The translations under genes were made by a program, and so were the position numbers. From contig JAWCFL010000006.1 of assembly GCA_038858525.1 (NCBI GenBank), forward strand, positions 1-32,000: 32,000 bases of DNA, given 5' to 3'. The first letter of the stretch is position 1. Every line of letters begins with the position of its first letter. The notes beneath the pieces are model-generated. The model was given only the letters and a program-made list of their open reading frames with translations. It searched no databases and had not been told where the DNA came from. Below are positions 6,156 through 16,110 of this stretch, one piece after another. The DNA comes from Candidatus Jordarchaeales archaeon. Its GTDB lineage: Archaea; Asgardarchaeota; Jordiarchaeia; Jordiarchaeales; Freyrarchaeaceae.

Positions 6156-8615
6156 ATGTCTGGCGGCAAGATTAAGGAGCCTCGCTGGGACGTTTCTAAG
6201 GAGTCTGAAATTTGGGAGCTTTGGCAGAAAGAAAAAACTTACCGCTTCAACGAGAACAGTGGGAAACCTTTTTTCACCATAGATAATCCTCCACCATATG
6301 TAAGCGGTAGGTGGCATATGGGTGGCGCCGTTCACTATGCGTCGATCGACTTCATAGCTCGTTTCATGCGCATGAAAGGTTTTGAGGTTCTCTATAAATT
6401 TGGACTTGATAGGAACGGGCTCCCCGTAGAGGTTAGCGTCGAGAAGGAATACAAGATAAAGATGACTGAGACCCCTAGGGAAGTGTTTATCGCTAAGTGT
6501 AAGGAGTACCTTGACAGAGTTGGAAATGATATTTTGAACATCTGCAAGCTTATGGGGTTCTCTAATAACTCTTTTGAGTGGGATGAAATATACAAAACGG
6601 ATCAAGATGAATATAGAGCTCTAACTCAAGCGACCTTTATTGAACTGTGGAGGAAGGGGTATATTTACGAAGATGAGCGTCCAGTGAGCTGGTGTAGCGA
6701 CTGCCAGACAGTAATCGCCGAGGCTGAAATTGAAAGGCAGGAGGAAGAAACCAGCCTCTACTACATTAAGTTCAAAGTTAAAGAGACCGGGGAAGACTTA
6801 GTCATAGCCACGACTAGACCTGAGCTGATATGCGCGTGCGGCGCGGTGATAGTCAACCCCGACGACGACCGGTATACTCGTCTTCATGGCTTAACTGCAG
6901 TGACTCCCATTTACGGTAAGGAGGTTCCCATAATACCTCACCCAGCAGCTAAACCTGAATACGGTACGGGCGTGGTCATGGTTTGCTCTTACGGAGACAT
7001 GGTTGACCTTAGGCTCTTCAGGGAACTTTCCCTTACACCAACATTCGCCATAAACAAGGATGGTTTAATGACCAAAGTTGCTGGAAAATACGCTGGCCTA
7101 AGCGTGAAAAATGCTAGGAGCGCGATAGTTGAGGACTTAAAGCGAATGGGTTTGCTAGTTAAGTCTGAGAAGATAGTTCACAGCCAGCCAATCTGCTGGA
7201 GAAGCAAAACCCCCATAGAGTATGTCGCAATGAAGGAGTATTATCTAAAAATGCTGGACTTCGTGCCCCAACTCAGAGAGATCGCCGAGAAAGTCGAGTG
7301 GCATCCTCCATCGGCTAAGTATCTTTGGCTCAACTGGATTAACTCTCTCACCATGGACTGGCCTATTTCAAGAAGGCGCTACTATGGGACGGAAATACCC
7401 ATATGGTACTGTAAAAAGTGCGGCGCCCCAAATCTTCCTGAACCAGGCAAATACTATAAACCTTGGATGGAACAACCTCCCTTCAACAAGTGTGCCAAGT
7501 GTGGCGGCTCAGATGGCTTTATCGGGGAGACGCGAACATTTGACACTTGGGTCGACTCCTCCATATCCCCATTGTTCATTTCTCTATATCCCGGGAATGT
7601 TAAAGAAAGCAATGAGTCCTTCTTCAAGAAGCTATCCTCCCGGCCATACCTCTGCGACCTGCGTCCTCAAGGAAAAGACATAGTGGGCACATGGCTAAAC
7701 TATACCATGCTGAGGATCCTGCAGATTCTAGATAAGCCCGCCTTCAAGCATGTTTGGATAAGCGGGCACGTCGTCGATAAGGATGGACGAAAAATGTCCA
7801 AGAGCCTCGGAAACATAGTTTACCCCGAACCTGTCGTCGCAAAGTATGGAGCCGACGCTGTTCGTCTCTATGCCAGCATGATTGCGTCACTCGGTGACGA
7901 TGTGCGTTTCGATGAGTCCAAGGTTGCTGGGGTAGCGCGTTTCCTGCAAAAATTATGGAACATAGCTAGGTTTATTTCGAATTTCCCAGAGCCAACAGAG
8001 GTTTTCAGCTTAACCGAGACTGATAAATGGATCCTCTCAGAACTCAACAAGCTAATCCGGAAAGTCGATGAAAGCTACTCCTCGTTCGACTTTCACCCCG
8101 GGACTGTTGCACTTTACAACTTCACGTGGAACGTCTTTGCAAGCCACTACGTTGAAATGGTGAAGGCTCGCGCTTACAACAGAAACGGCACATTTAGTGA
8201 GAGCGAACAGAAAGCTGCACACTGGACGCTTCACTTCTGCCTAAAGACAATACTAAAGCTCTTAGCCCCAGTAACGCCCTTCATAACTGACGCCATCTGG
8301 AGACAACTGTATAGCAGGGAGAGCATACATAAAGAAAAATTCCCTGAAGCAGACCCATCAATGATACTCGAAGAAGACTACACGCCGCTAATCCTAGAAA
8401 CAAACTCTGTTCTTTGGAAAGTTAAGAAGAATGCTGGCCTATCACTTAAAGTTCCACTTAAAGCAGTGATCCTTCCTAAAAAGCTGGAAGCGTTCGCCAT
8501 GGATCTGCGCGAAATGCATAACATCGAGGAACTACAATTCTCGGATGAGCCTAAAGGAAACGGATTCGAAGAATTTCAAGCGGACGGAAAAAGGATTCTT
8601 GTAGCGGTAAACTAG
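6156..8615 (+). CDS. valS: Valine--tRNA ligase (archaeal type)
   Basis: TIDNPPPYVSG, TTRPEL editing-domain motif, YGTGVVMVCSYGD, DWPISRRRYYGT, GKDIV, KMSKSLGN. HIGH motif reads HMGG. Likely start ATG 6156; the track starts at 6108. Confidence 0.93.
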   Translation: MSGGKIKEPRWDVSKESEIWELWQKEKTYRFNENSGKPFFTIDNPPPYVSGRWHMGGAVHYASIDFIARFMRMKGFEVLYKFGLDRNGLPVEVSVEKEYKIKMTETPREVFIAKCKEYLDRVGNDILNICKLMGFSNNSFEWDEIYKTDQDEYRALTQATFIELWRKGYIYEDERPVSWCSDCQTVIAEAEIERQEEETSLYYIKFKVKETGEDLVIATTRPELICACGAVIVNPDDDRYTRLHGLTAVTPIYGKEVPIIPHPAAKPEYGTGVVMVCSYGDMVDLRLFRELSLTPTFAINKDGLMTKVAGKYAGLSVKNARSAIVEDLKRMGLLVKSEKIVHSQPICWRSKTPIEYVAMKEYYLKMLDFVPQLREIAEKVEWHPPSAKYLWLNWINSLTMDWPISRRRYYGTEIPIWYCKKCGAPNLPEPGKYYKPWMEQPPFNKCAKCGGSDGFIGETRTFDTWVDSSISPLFISLYPGNVKESNESFFKKLSSRPYLCDLRPQGKDIVGTWLNYTMLRILQILDKPAFKHVWISGHVVDKDGRKMSKSLGNIVYPEPVVAKYGADAVRLYASMIASLGDDVRFDESKVAGVARFLQKLWNIARFISNFPEPTEVFSLTETDKWILSELNKLIRKVDESYSSFDFHPGTVALYNFTWNVFASHYVEMVKARAYNRNGTFSESEQKAAHWTLHFCLKTILKLLAPVTPFITDAIWRQLYSRESIHKEKFPEADPSMILEEDYTPLILETNSVLWKVKKNAGLSLKVPLKAVILPKKLEAFAMDLREMHNIEELQFSDEPKGNGFEEFQADGKRILVAVN

Positions 8616-9886
8616 TACCTTAGAATAGCAGCAACGCCCTTAAACGCTTGCTTTAACTGCTGCCCCTCCTCGGTTTCAGTAGATATTACCTCAACTTTAG
8701 CCCCAGTTTGCTCGCCAAGTTCGCCGAGTTCCTCTATTATCCCTTTAACCTCTTTCACAGCAAGAAGCGAGCTATTACATTTCGGACAGTTTCTCTGCGC
8801 CACCTCACTATGAATCTGTGCTAGCTCCTCCTCCCTAGTCGTCTTCTCTTCCGTATAGCCGCAGTTAGGGCACTGAATGGTCACCCGAACAATATCTAAT
8901 CCCTCCGAGAGCAGGAGGACATCCACCCTCCCTTGCACTAAAGCCTCTCTAACTTCTCTCTCACCGTAGGTGACTTTTTCGTCATCCTTCGCTAAGACCT
9001 CGAGAAACTTCTGGACTAAACGCTTTTCCTCCGTATATCTGAGGTTGGCGAAAAGCATCTCAGCTTTTCCGATGAGGTCCTTTATCCCGGGCTCTCCCGT
9101 GTAGCTCGTATCGACCACGCCTATTATCTTTTGCTTAACTCGGTAATCTAGATAATCCCCTTCAATAAACTTCTCCTTTGAGGGGCCCGGTCCTCCAACC
9201 ACTATTCCTTTCAAGTCGGGGATTGAAAGAAAGACGTTGTTAGCGTGCTCCCCGACTCTCTTGAAAAACTCGTGTCCCGCCTGCTCTATGAGTCTCTCGA
9301 ACCTACGCTGAGACTGTCCTCCAGCAGTGTGTTTGCCCGGAATGCCCGATGTGAGCTTCTTGTATACTTCAAGATGGGTTCCTTTAACTGTGGCGATGTG
9401 AGCTTCGGATTTATCTAAAACTATTATTCCGTAAGTATCTTTTTCCTCCAACATTTCCTTTAGCGGGTCTAGGTAAAACTTACTGTCACAGTGGTACTTG
9501 TATATCTTTATGGGTTCAGGTGGAACCACCATCCAGAACTCGAGCTTCTCGGTTCCCTGAGTACTACCGGTAGGTATTGCTCCGCTAAATATGACGAGCC
9601 CGTTAGGGGGTGGACGCGAGAAGTACTTTAGCTTCGCCATTATGCTCCTAAGCGCTTCCATCACGTTCTTCCTAGTCGCCTTAGACTTGATGTTTGCTGC
9701 TGTGCCATACTCTTCTTTAAGGTAATTCGTCACGTCACTTATACTGCGGTCTGGCGGAATGTAAAGGCTAATAAGCTCTGTGTGGAAGCCCTTTTTATTC
9801 TCCAACTCTTCTATGAGTTTACGTAACTTATACTTCTCGAACGATGTCCTTTCTTTAACCTCAACCTCTTCGCTCAAAGCATACAC
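8612..9886 (-). CDS. prf1: Peptide chain release factor 1 (aRF1)
   Basis: NIKS, YHCDSKF (YxCxxxF) and GGQ motifs, plus a CxxC...CxxC insertion in domain 3. A TTG start at 9877 is also plausible. Confidence 0.97.
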   Translation of the reverse strand: MYALSEEVEVKERTSFEKYKLRKLIEELENKKGFHTELISLYIPPDRSISDVTNYLKEEYGTAANIKSKATRKNVMEALRSIMAKLKYFSRPPPNGLVIFSGAIPTGSTQGTEKLEFWMVVPPEPIKIYKYHCDSKFYLDPLKEMLEEKDTYGIIVLDKSEAHIATVKGTHLEVYKKLTSGIPGKHTAGGQSQRRFERLIEQAGHEFFKRVGEHANNVFLSIPDLKGIVVGGPGPSKEKFIEGDYLDYRVKQKIIGVVDTSYTGEPGIKDLIGKAEMLFANLRYTEEKRLVQKFLEVLAKDDEKVTYGEREVREALVQGRVDVLLLSEGLDIVRVTIQCPNCGYTEEKTTREEELAQIHSEVAQRNCPKCNSSLLAVKEVKGIIEELGELGEQTGAKVEVISTETEEGQQLKQAFKGVAAILRY

Positions 9887-10358
9887 CTCGAAGCGCTCCG
9901 TCTAACCATCTTCTCACCAAACACTTGCAACAACCAACTAATCCCTTTTCTACTTTTACCATGGCTTCCCACAACTTCTCCTCAAGCGTCTCGGGAGTAT
10001 ACTCCACCTTAATTATTTCAGGGTTTCCCAGAACTAAAGCTGAGACCCTAAGTTTAGCTTCCGACAAGTAAAGGCAAATAACGCGCTTTCCCTTGACGAG
10101 AGCTTGCTGTATTTCGATTCCAACGCCAGTAGAGGGCGTTGAAACTTCAGCCACTAAGATATCACACTCGTTAATAAGCCTCATATCTCTTTCGAATATT
10201 TCCTCGTCGCTCTTCCCTCTTTCAGATTCACCGCTCTCATCCAGTACATGAGGAGTGATCACCTTGAAGCCCTTTCTCTCTAGAACTAAAAATATTCTTT
10301 CATATATCTCGCTTCGCATCCGTTCACCACGAATTGGAGTAGCAAAGTAAACCTTCAC
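9861..10358 (-). CDS. Nucleoside 2-deoxyribosyltransferase / DNPH1-like 2'-deoxynucleoside 5'-phosphate N-hydrolase
   Basis: KVYFATPIRG, IFERDM..I.ECDILVAEVSTPSTGVGIEI, LVLGNP. Confidence 0.85.
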   Translation of the reverse strand: MKVYFATPIRGERMRSEIYERIFLVLERKGFKVITPHVLDESGESERGKSDEEIFERDMRLINECDILVAEVSTPSTGVGIEIQQALVKGKRVICLYLSEAKLRVSALVLGNPEIIKVEYTPETLEEKLWEAMVKVEKGLVGCCKCLVRRWLDGALRGVCFERRG

Positions 10359-10368
10359 CTAATCCACC

Positions 10369-10884
10369 CTAAAGGGAAGTAGTGAATTTCTCCTCTCCCA
10401 GATATAAAAGCACCTCTTTTTTCCTTTCAGCGAAGTCCTCCTCGGCGTAAGCCTCCAAAACTCTTCCTATAAAGACCATGTGGTCTCCAGCCTCAATGGC
10501 CTTCTCGACTTTACACTCAAGGTGAGCAAGACACTCTGCGATTATAGGTGCCCGCACTCTCCTAGCCGAGGCCGCTGTCAACTTTGCCTCCTTAAATTTG
10601 TCGAAGTCCCTGCCCGATATTGTTCCGCAGAGAAGGACCTCGCTAACCAGCTTTGAGGACGGTACGTTAACCACGAATTCTCCGCTCTCCATAATCATCC
10701 TGTAAGACTCTCTCCGAAAGCCGATACTCACCGCCAACATGGGGGGATCGAAGCTAACAGGCATAGACCAGGCAAGCGTAATTATGTTCCTTTTTCCCTT
10801 AGAATCAACACAGCTAACCAGCACGACAGGTCTTGGATATAACAATGAATGTGCTTCATCCACATTAACCTTCAAACCCACCAC
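10369..10884 (-). CDS. Flavin reductase family protein (DIM6/NTAB, flavoredoxin-like)
   Basis: PRPVVLVS, NIITLAW, GEFVVNVP, CGTISGR..DKF, LECKV, GDHMVFIG. Confidence 0.92.
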   Translation of the reverse strand: MVGLKVNVDEAHSLLYPRPVVLVSCVDSKGKRNIITLAWSMPVSFDPPMLAVSIGFRRESYRMIMESGEFVVNVPSSKLVSEVLLCGTISGRDFDKFKEAKLTAASARRVRAPIIAECLAHLECKVEKAIEAGDHMVFIGRVLEAYAEEDFAERKKEVLLYLGEEKFTTSL

Positions 10885-10902
10885 TCCATCATAATGTTAG
10901 TG

Positions 10903-11985
10903 TTACCTTGTTACTTCAGCGCTTCTTACTTTTTCATAAATTTCTCTCGCTCTCTTGTCCTCCTCAAAGTGTCTTCTTATTGGATCTATTATGTCGTCAA
11001 GATATCTTGCTGCCGCCTCCTTAAGGTCTAGAGGGTGTATTTCTCCTTTGACGTATGACTCTTTTAGCTCGCTGTAGGATGTGAAAGTCAGGGCGTCTTT
11101 GCCCTTTCTCTCAACTGTTACTTCCCTGCGTTTTTCAAAGATTATCTTCTCCATTATGTCCATTATTGGGTTTCCTTCCACCACCCTTGGGGGGCAGAAG
11201 GCGTTACGAATTTTCCTCCATATATCTTCCCTTGAATCGTGAATGAAAATAGCTGAGTCAGGCACGCTTTTACTCATCTTAGAGCTTATCATGAAATCTA
11301 TTTTTTCATCCTCATCAAATCCTCCTATTCCTTCTCCTACCTTGAGTCCTAAGAGAAGCGGGTGATGAATGGCTATGGGCTTGCGCCTCCCAAATAGCGG
11401 GGCAACCTCCCTAGCAAGCATGTTAACCTTCCTTTGGTCTATCCCCAGCTGGCATATGTCCACTTCGAGCTGGAAGATGTCGGCACACTGCATTACAGGA
11501 TAGAACAGGAAAGCTGTTGGGTTCGAGGCGCTTTCCTTCCTTCCAGCGATGGTAAGAGCTCTCATAGTTCTGCTCACGGTCACGTTCTTAGCTATCATCA
11601 TAACTTTCTTCCAGTATTCGGGGTCGTCAAAGTGCTCTTTGTGCCACACAACATCCACCTTGCTGAAGTCTACGCCAGCAGCCTTCCAAACTTCTATGAA
11701 GTATTTTCCAGCATCCCTTATTCGCTCTATGTCCCCTCCAAGTTTATTATTAATCCACGCAAAACTATCAGCTAATAATAGTTTAAATCTTATACCCGTC
11801 TTCATTAATTTCTCAAGTATGATAGGCCTATAAACTGCAACAGGAAGATGCGCTAGCCCTGACGGCTCAAAACCATCATAAGCTACAGGCTTCTCATTAA
11901 CTTCAAAAAGCTCTCTCAACTCTTCCTCAGTTACTATCTCTGCGCTACAACTTCTAACCAGCTGTATCTTTTCCTCAATATCCAT
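10903..11985 (-). CDS. tyrS: Tyrosine--tRNA ligase (archaeal type)
   Basis: AYDGFEPSG, YPVMQCADI, GIDQRKVNMLAREV, KMSKS, CPP, IHPLDLK. HIGH motif reads HLPV. Likely start ATG 11985; the track starts at 12006. Confidence 0.95.
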   Translation of the reverse strand: MDIEEKIQLVRSCSAEIVTEEELRELFEVNEKPVAYDGFEPSGLAHLPVAVYRPIILEKLMKTGIRFKLLLADSFAWINNKLGGDIERIRDAGKYFIEVWKAAGVDFSKVDVVWHKEHFDDPEYWKKVMMIAKNVTVSRTMRALTIAGRKESASNPTAFLFYPVMQCADIFQLEVDICQLGIDQRKVNMLAREVAPLFGRRKPIAIHHPLLLGLKVGEGIGGFDEDEKIDFMISSKMSKSVPDSAIFIHDSREDIWRKIRNAFCPPRVVEGNPIMDIMEKIIFEKRREVTVERKGKDALTFTSYSELKESYVKGEIHPLDLKEAAARYLDDIIDPIRRHFEEDKRAREIYEKVRSAEVTR

Positions 11986-12087
11986 ATTGCTCCCTCTTAA
12001 GAGCATACAGGTTTTAAACCATCAAAATAATTTTTCCCCATCCTAACTTTTAAATTGAAGTGGGGGAGAAAGCATTGCGGTGGTCGG

Positions 12088-13164
12088 ATGGACTACTGGT
12101 GGGACTTATCCGTCATACATTGGATTCAAGGATCCTTTTGGACTCCTTGGGGCTTCATGAAAGCACCTTCATTGCTGGACGGCGTAATGTGGGTGGTAAC
12201 GCAGTTCGGGACTGAAACAGTATGGATACTGGTGGTCTCCGCCCTTTTCTGGCTTGGATACCGAAAGGAAAGCCTCCTATTAGGTGCCCTGGTACTCCTC
12301 GAAGCCATGATAAACTTCTGGCTGAAGTACGCCATTTTTAGACTTAGACCAACAAGGTATGAAGCATTTATCTTCTACGAGTCATCGGACCCGTCGATGC
12401 CGAGTGGGCACGCTCAGCTTGCGGCAACAGCCAGTTTTTACACGTCTCGGGTAATCTGTTTAAACTTAGAATCAACCAGTAATGTGGCGAGAGAAAGCGG
12501 CAGAAGCTGGTTTAGCAAAAAGTGTTTCGCCTTATACTCGTTAGCTCTCACGCTGACAGTTCTCGTATCACTAAGCAGAATTTACTTAGGCGTTCACTGG
12601 CCTACTGATGTGATCGCCGGTAGCGCCATTGGCTTCACAATATTCATAGTCTACTCCCTTACGGCTGAGAAGCTGTGGGGTATAGTTGCACCCCGACTCC
12701 CAACGAACACATTATGCAAATGTATTCTAGTAGCGTTGCTTGGAGTTGCGATCGGCGTATTTACGCCTTCTTCTTGGGGAATAGGCTGGTATGCTGGAGG
12801 CTTCTTCACAGGCTTCTTCACAGGTGCAGTGCTCGAAACCGATGCTGTAAAGCTTGAAAAACCCATGGTGCTGAGGAAAGCTCTTGGAAGATTAATTATT
12901 GGTGGCCTAGTTCTCTTCGTTCTTGCGGTGGTAGCTGACAAAGTTTCCTCAGGAGCACATGCCCTACTCGACTTAGCAGAGCTACTGTTGAAGTTTTTCG
13001 TCATTCCAAGCTCACTTTCACCTTGGACAGAAGTAATAACCAGCATCATCCTAGAACCATACATGAACATATTCTTCAGTGTAGTGCAGTTCCCTCTCTA
13101 TATCCTAATTGGGCTATGGATCAGCTTTATAGCACCATACATGTTCAAGGCTTTCCAGCTCTAA
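12088..13164 (+). CDS. PAP2-family integral membrane phosphatase (possible lipid/isoprenyl pyrophosphate phosphatase)
   Basis: K..IFRLRP, PSGH and SRIYLGVHWPTDVIAG motifs with multiple TM segments. Likely start ATG 12088. Confidence 0.9.
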   Translation: MDYWWDLSVIHWIQGSFWTPWGFMKAPSLLDGVMWVVTQFGTETVWILVVSALFWLGYRKESLLLGALVLLEAMINFWLKYAIFRLRPTRYEAFIFYESSDPSMPSGHAQLAATASFYTSRVICLNLESTSNVARESGRSWFSKKCFALYSLALTLTVLVSLSRIYLGVHWPTDVIAGSAIGFTIFIVYSLTAEKLWGIVAPRLPTNTLCKCILVALLGVAIGVFTPSSWGIGWYAGGFFTGFFTGAVLETDAVKLEKPMVLRKALGRLIIGGLVLFVLAVVADKVSSGAHALLDLAELLLKFFVIPSSLSPWTEVITSIILEPYMNIFFSVVQFPLYILIGLWISFIAPYMFKAFQL

Positions 13165-13169
13165 GGCCT

Positions 13170-14633
13170 TCAGAGACGGCCTTCTTCCTTCCTCTTTTTA
13201 TGTTTGGCGTATTGAACCATTTTTGATAGGACGCTTGCCGCTGTTTCTATCGTGGGGTAGACAACTACTCCCTTCTCCGCCGCCTTAGCGACGACCTCCA
13301 TGTCTGTGGTGGCGGTGACTGCGACCAAAGGCTTACCATACTTGCTAATCAGCTTGACTATATATTCCATGCTCTCCTCATCAGCCTTAGCAATCCACTC
13401 TTTAACAATATTTTTACCTTCTTTACTATGAGTTTGTCCTCCGAATGCTCCTGCAAACGCTCCACTACCGACAATAAATCCTAAAGCAGCAACAATGTCG
13501 ACGTTCAGGTCACCCGCTATTATATCCAAGCAGGATGGCTGTATGCTTCTATCAAAGACCCCCACAAGATCAACGGGGTTCCCCTTACTCCAGTATGGAG
13601 GAAGAAGCATGCTAAGCTTCCTTATGGTGTCATCGCTCAGGGAGACAACATCTAATCCTGCTTCTTCGAACACGTCTGAGGCGACGACCCCGTATCCTCC
13701 CCCCCAAGTCAGTATTCCAACTCTTTTCCCTTTAGGGAGCGGGAGGTTTACAAAGCTTTTTGCCAAGTCTAGCATTTCATTAACAGTTGTAGCTTGAATA
13801 ATTCCAGTCTGCTTGAACACCGCCTTCACTATCTCGTTGGGAGAAATCATCGCTCCACTATGAGATTTGGCAGCTCTAACTCCGGCTTGGGTTCTCCCCG
13901 ACTTGTAAGCTATGACAGGCTTCTTCTCGGAAACCTCCTCAGCAACCCTCATAAACTTCCTTCCACTTCTCACTCCCTCAAGATAAAGCAGGATAACCTT
14001 AACATTTGGGTCAGAGCCAAAGTAGGCAAGGTACTCGTAACATTCTATGTCCGCTTCGTTCCCGCTGCTCACAAACTTGTTGAATCCAACCCCGACCGTA
14101 GAGCCAAATCCTAAAAGATTCGTCCCGATGTTACCGCTTTGACTTATCAGAGCCACCTCGCCTTTACGCGGTGAGACTGGCGGCATTAAAGCGCAAAGAT
14201 TAACCGAAGCACTATAAACCCCCATAGTGTTCGGCCCAACTAGAAGTAAGCCGCCCTTCCTCGCCCTTCTCACACTCTCCTTTTCGAGTTCCTCACCCTC
14301 TTTTCCCGTCTCCCTGAAACCACCAGCTATTGCTATTACCGCCTTGACTCCTGCCTCGGCGCACTCCTCAATGTGCTGAGGAACAGCCTCCGCTGGTCTA
14401 GCTATCACAGCTAGGTCAACTTCATCGTTCACGCTCATGACGTTAGGGTACGCTTTGATGCCGAGAATCTTCTCCTCACTTGGGTTCACAGGGTAAATTT
14501 TTCCTCTAAAACCATAAGAGACTATATTCGCGAGAATAATGCATCCCCACTTCGTGGGGTTATTCGAAGCACCTATAACAGCAACGGAACGCGGCTCAAA
14601 AACAGGCTTAAGATCTCTGCTTTCAGAGTCCAC
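13170..14633 (-). CDS. ADP-forming acetate/acyl-CoA ligase, alpha subunit (ACD)
   Basis: PRSVAVIGAS, GKIYPVNP, GPNTMG, SQSG, VSSGNEAD, YLEG, KSG..AAKSHSG (phospho-His), NPVDL. Confidence 0.92.
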   Translation of the reverse strand: MDSESRDLKPVFEPRSVAVIGASNNPTKWGCIILANIVSYGFRGKIYPVNPSEEKILGIKAYPNVMSVNDEVDLAVIARPAEAVPQHIEECAEAGVKAVIAIAGGFRETGKEGEELEKESVRRARKGGLLLVGPNTMGVYSASVNLCALMPPVSPRKGEVALISQSGNIGTNLLGFGSTVGVGFNKFVSSGNEADIECYEYLAYFGSDPNVKVILLYLEGVRSGRKFMRVAEEVSEKKPVIAYKSGRTQAGVRAAKSHSGAMISPNEIVKAVFKQTGIIQATTVNEMLDLAKSFVNLPLPKGKRVGILTWGGGYGVVASDVFEEAGLDVVSLSDDTIRKLSMLLPPYWSKGNPVDLVGVFDRSIQPSCLDIIAGDLNVDIVAALGFIVGSGAFAGAFGGQTHSKEGKNIVKEWIAKADEESMEYIVKLISKYGKPLVAVTATTDMEVVAKAAEKGVVVYPTIETAASVLSKMVQYAKHKKRKEEGRL

Positions 14634-14792
14634 AAAACCACCACCGGCTTTGAATAAACGAAAAAGGGCAATAACTAAAAAAGTTTCTTGTAAACCTTAC
14701 TGCCGCCTCTCAAATCTCCTGCTATTAATGGAGTCGTGCTGTTTGTCAGGTTACAAGATTCATGATCTTTACCTTTAAATAGGTCTTCTTAA

Positions 14793-14806
14793 CAAAGTTA
14801 ACTTTG
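14793..14806. promoter_or_regulatory. Perfect 14-bp palindrome CAAAGTTAACTTTG, candidate operator of the adjacent HTH regulator
   Basis: Lies between a TATA-like TTTAAATA (14774-14781) and ATG 14815, i.e. over the predicted transcription start. Confidence 0.45.
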
Positions 14807-14814
14807 AACTAAAA

Positions 14815-15207
14815 ATGAGCTTTGGGATGCAAATGAGATTTCCATGCGAAATTGTAATCTGGTATCTTCTACCAGCCATAAGGTCTGCTCTTGCTAAGGA
14901 GCTTGCAGGCCTAGGACTCTCACAGAAGGAGATCTCAGAGAAGCTTGGGATCTCCGAAGCCGCCGTATCTCAGTACATGAAAGGTAAGCGAGGTGGAAAA
15001 ATCGATTTCTCCACCGAACTCAACGAAATGGTGCGTGAAGCCGCAAGGCACATAGCGTCAAGCGTCTCCATTATAGACGTCTACCGAAAAACCTGTAATT
15101 TGTGCTTATCTCTTAGAAAAAAGGCTCTCATGTGCGACTTACACAGGAAGATGGACAACGTTCCGGAAGACTGCAATCTCTGCCCCTGCCTATCAGAAGA
15201 CCTGTAA
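14815..15207 (+). CDS. Predicted HTH transcriptional regulator with Cys/His metal-binding motifs
   Basis: FPCE, LSQKEISEKLGISEAAVSQYMKGKRG (XRE-like HTH), CxxC, CDLH, CxxC. Confidence 0.85.
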   Translation: MSFGMQMRFPCEIVIWYLLPAIRSALAKELAGLGLSQKEISEKLGISEAAVSQYMKGKRGGKIDFSTELNEMVREAARHIASSVSIIDVYRKTCNLCLSLRKKALMCDLHRKMDNVPEDCNLCPCLSEDL

Positions 15208-15342
15208 AACTTCTTCCAGCAACTTAACGCGAGAAGATACTTTTTTCTTAGAAAGATGTTCTCTGTTTAGCGAGCCTACCTCACATTTCTGAGCGTTTTA
15301 TGTAAACAAAACCTAAAATTTTTTATTCACTTTCTCTTCTCT

Positions 15343-16098
15343 ATGAGTGTATCTCCTCTGGGGGGTTCGTTGTTGAGAAGTGGCAAGAACAGTCCTCCTA
15401 ACCTTCTCCTAAGATTAGGTGCAAACATATTTTTAGCCGGGGCACTATCCATACCTTTCTCTGTGTTATCCGCCATCCTAGCGTACTACTTTTTAGTTGA
15501 ATTACTCCGGTTACCCTTAGCTGTGGTTATTGGTCTCGCCCCACTATACTACTTGGTTGCAAAGTGGTGTTTCAAACTCTTCTTCTTAGTTTTGGCTAGA
15601 GCCCAACTGAAGCCGGTTGAGGAGGGCCACTTTGAGGCTGACTTCGGAAACAAGAACGTTAGAAACTGGCTGATAAACATTTCACTCGTAGACGCAGTCA
15701 AGTACTTCGTGGGAAACCCACCACTAGGACAAACATTTCTAAGACCACCCCTCTACAGGTTTCTCGGAGCAAAACTTGGTAAAGCCACCTCCCTAGACGA
15801 CGTCACTGATCCATACCTTTTAGAGATGGAGGACGGCGCAGTCGCCGGCGGCCGCTCCTTCATAGTAACGCACATTTCAAGGAACGGCGGGCTTTACCTC
15901 AAAAAAGTGAAGATAGGCCGTAATGCACTTGTTGGGATATGCTCAACGATAATGCCTGGGGTCGAGATTGGTGAGGGAGCTGTGGTGGCGGCAAACTCCC
16001 TTATTCCGATGGATACAAAGATACCGCCGTACACCCTGTGGTCTGGTATTCCCGCAAAACAAGTTAAATCGTTGAAAGGTGAGGTAGAAGACCGATAG
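15343..16098 (+). CDS. Membrane protein (2 TM) with C-terminal left-handed beta-helix (hexapeptide) acyltransferase-like domain
   Basis: Two hydrophobic helices, then YRFLGAKLG, DPYLLE, VKIGRNALVG, IMPGVEIGEGAVVAANS, WSGIPAK. Confidence 0.8.
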   Translation: MSVSPLGGSLLRSGKNSPPNLLLRLGANIFLAGALSIPFSVLSAILAYYFLVELLRLPLAVVIGLAPLYYLVAKWCFKLFFLVLARAQLKPVEEGHFEADFGNKNVRNWLINISLVDAVKYFVGNPPLGQTFLRPPLYRFLGAKLGKATSLDDVTDPYLLEMEDGAVAGGRSFIVTHISRNGGLYLKKVKIGRNALVGICSTIMPGVEIGEGAVVAANSLIPMDTKIPPYTLWSGIPAKQVKSLKGEVEDR

Positions 16099-16110
16099 GC
16101 GGGTGTATGA

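Noticed and set aside
8612-8615. Repeated 4-nt stop-codon overlaps between convergent genes (also 1321, 23189, 30225)
   Set aside because: Common in compact archaeal genomes; used only as support for ORF calls.
8750-8880. CxxC...CxxC zinc-ribbon insertion in aRF1
   Set aside because: Domain-3 insertions of this type are known in many archaeal RF1 proteins; not novel.
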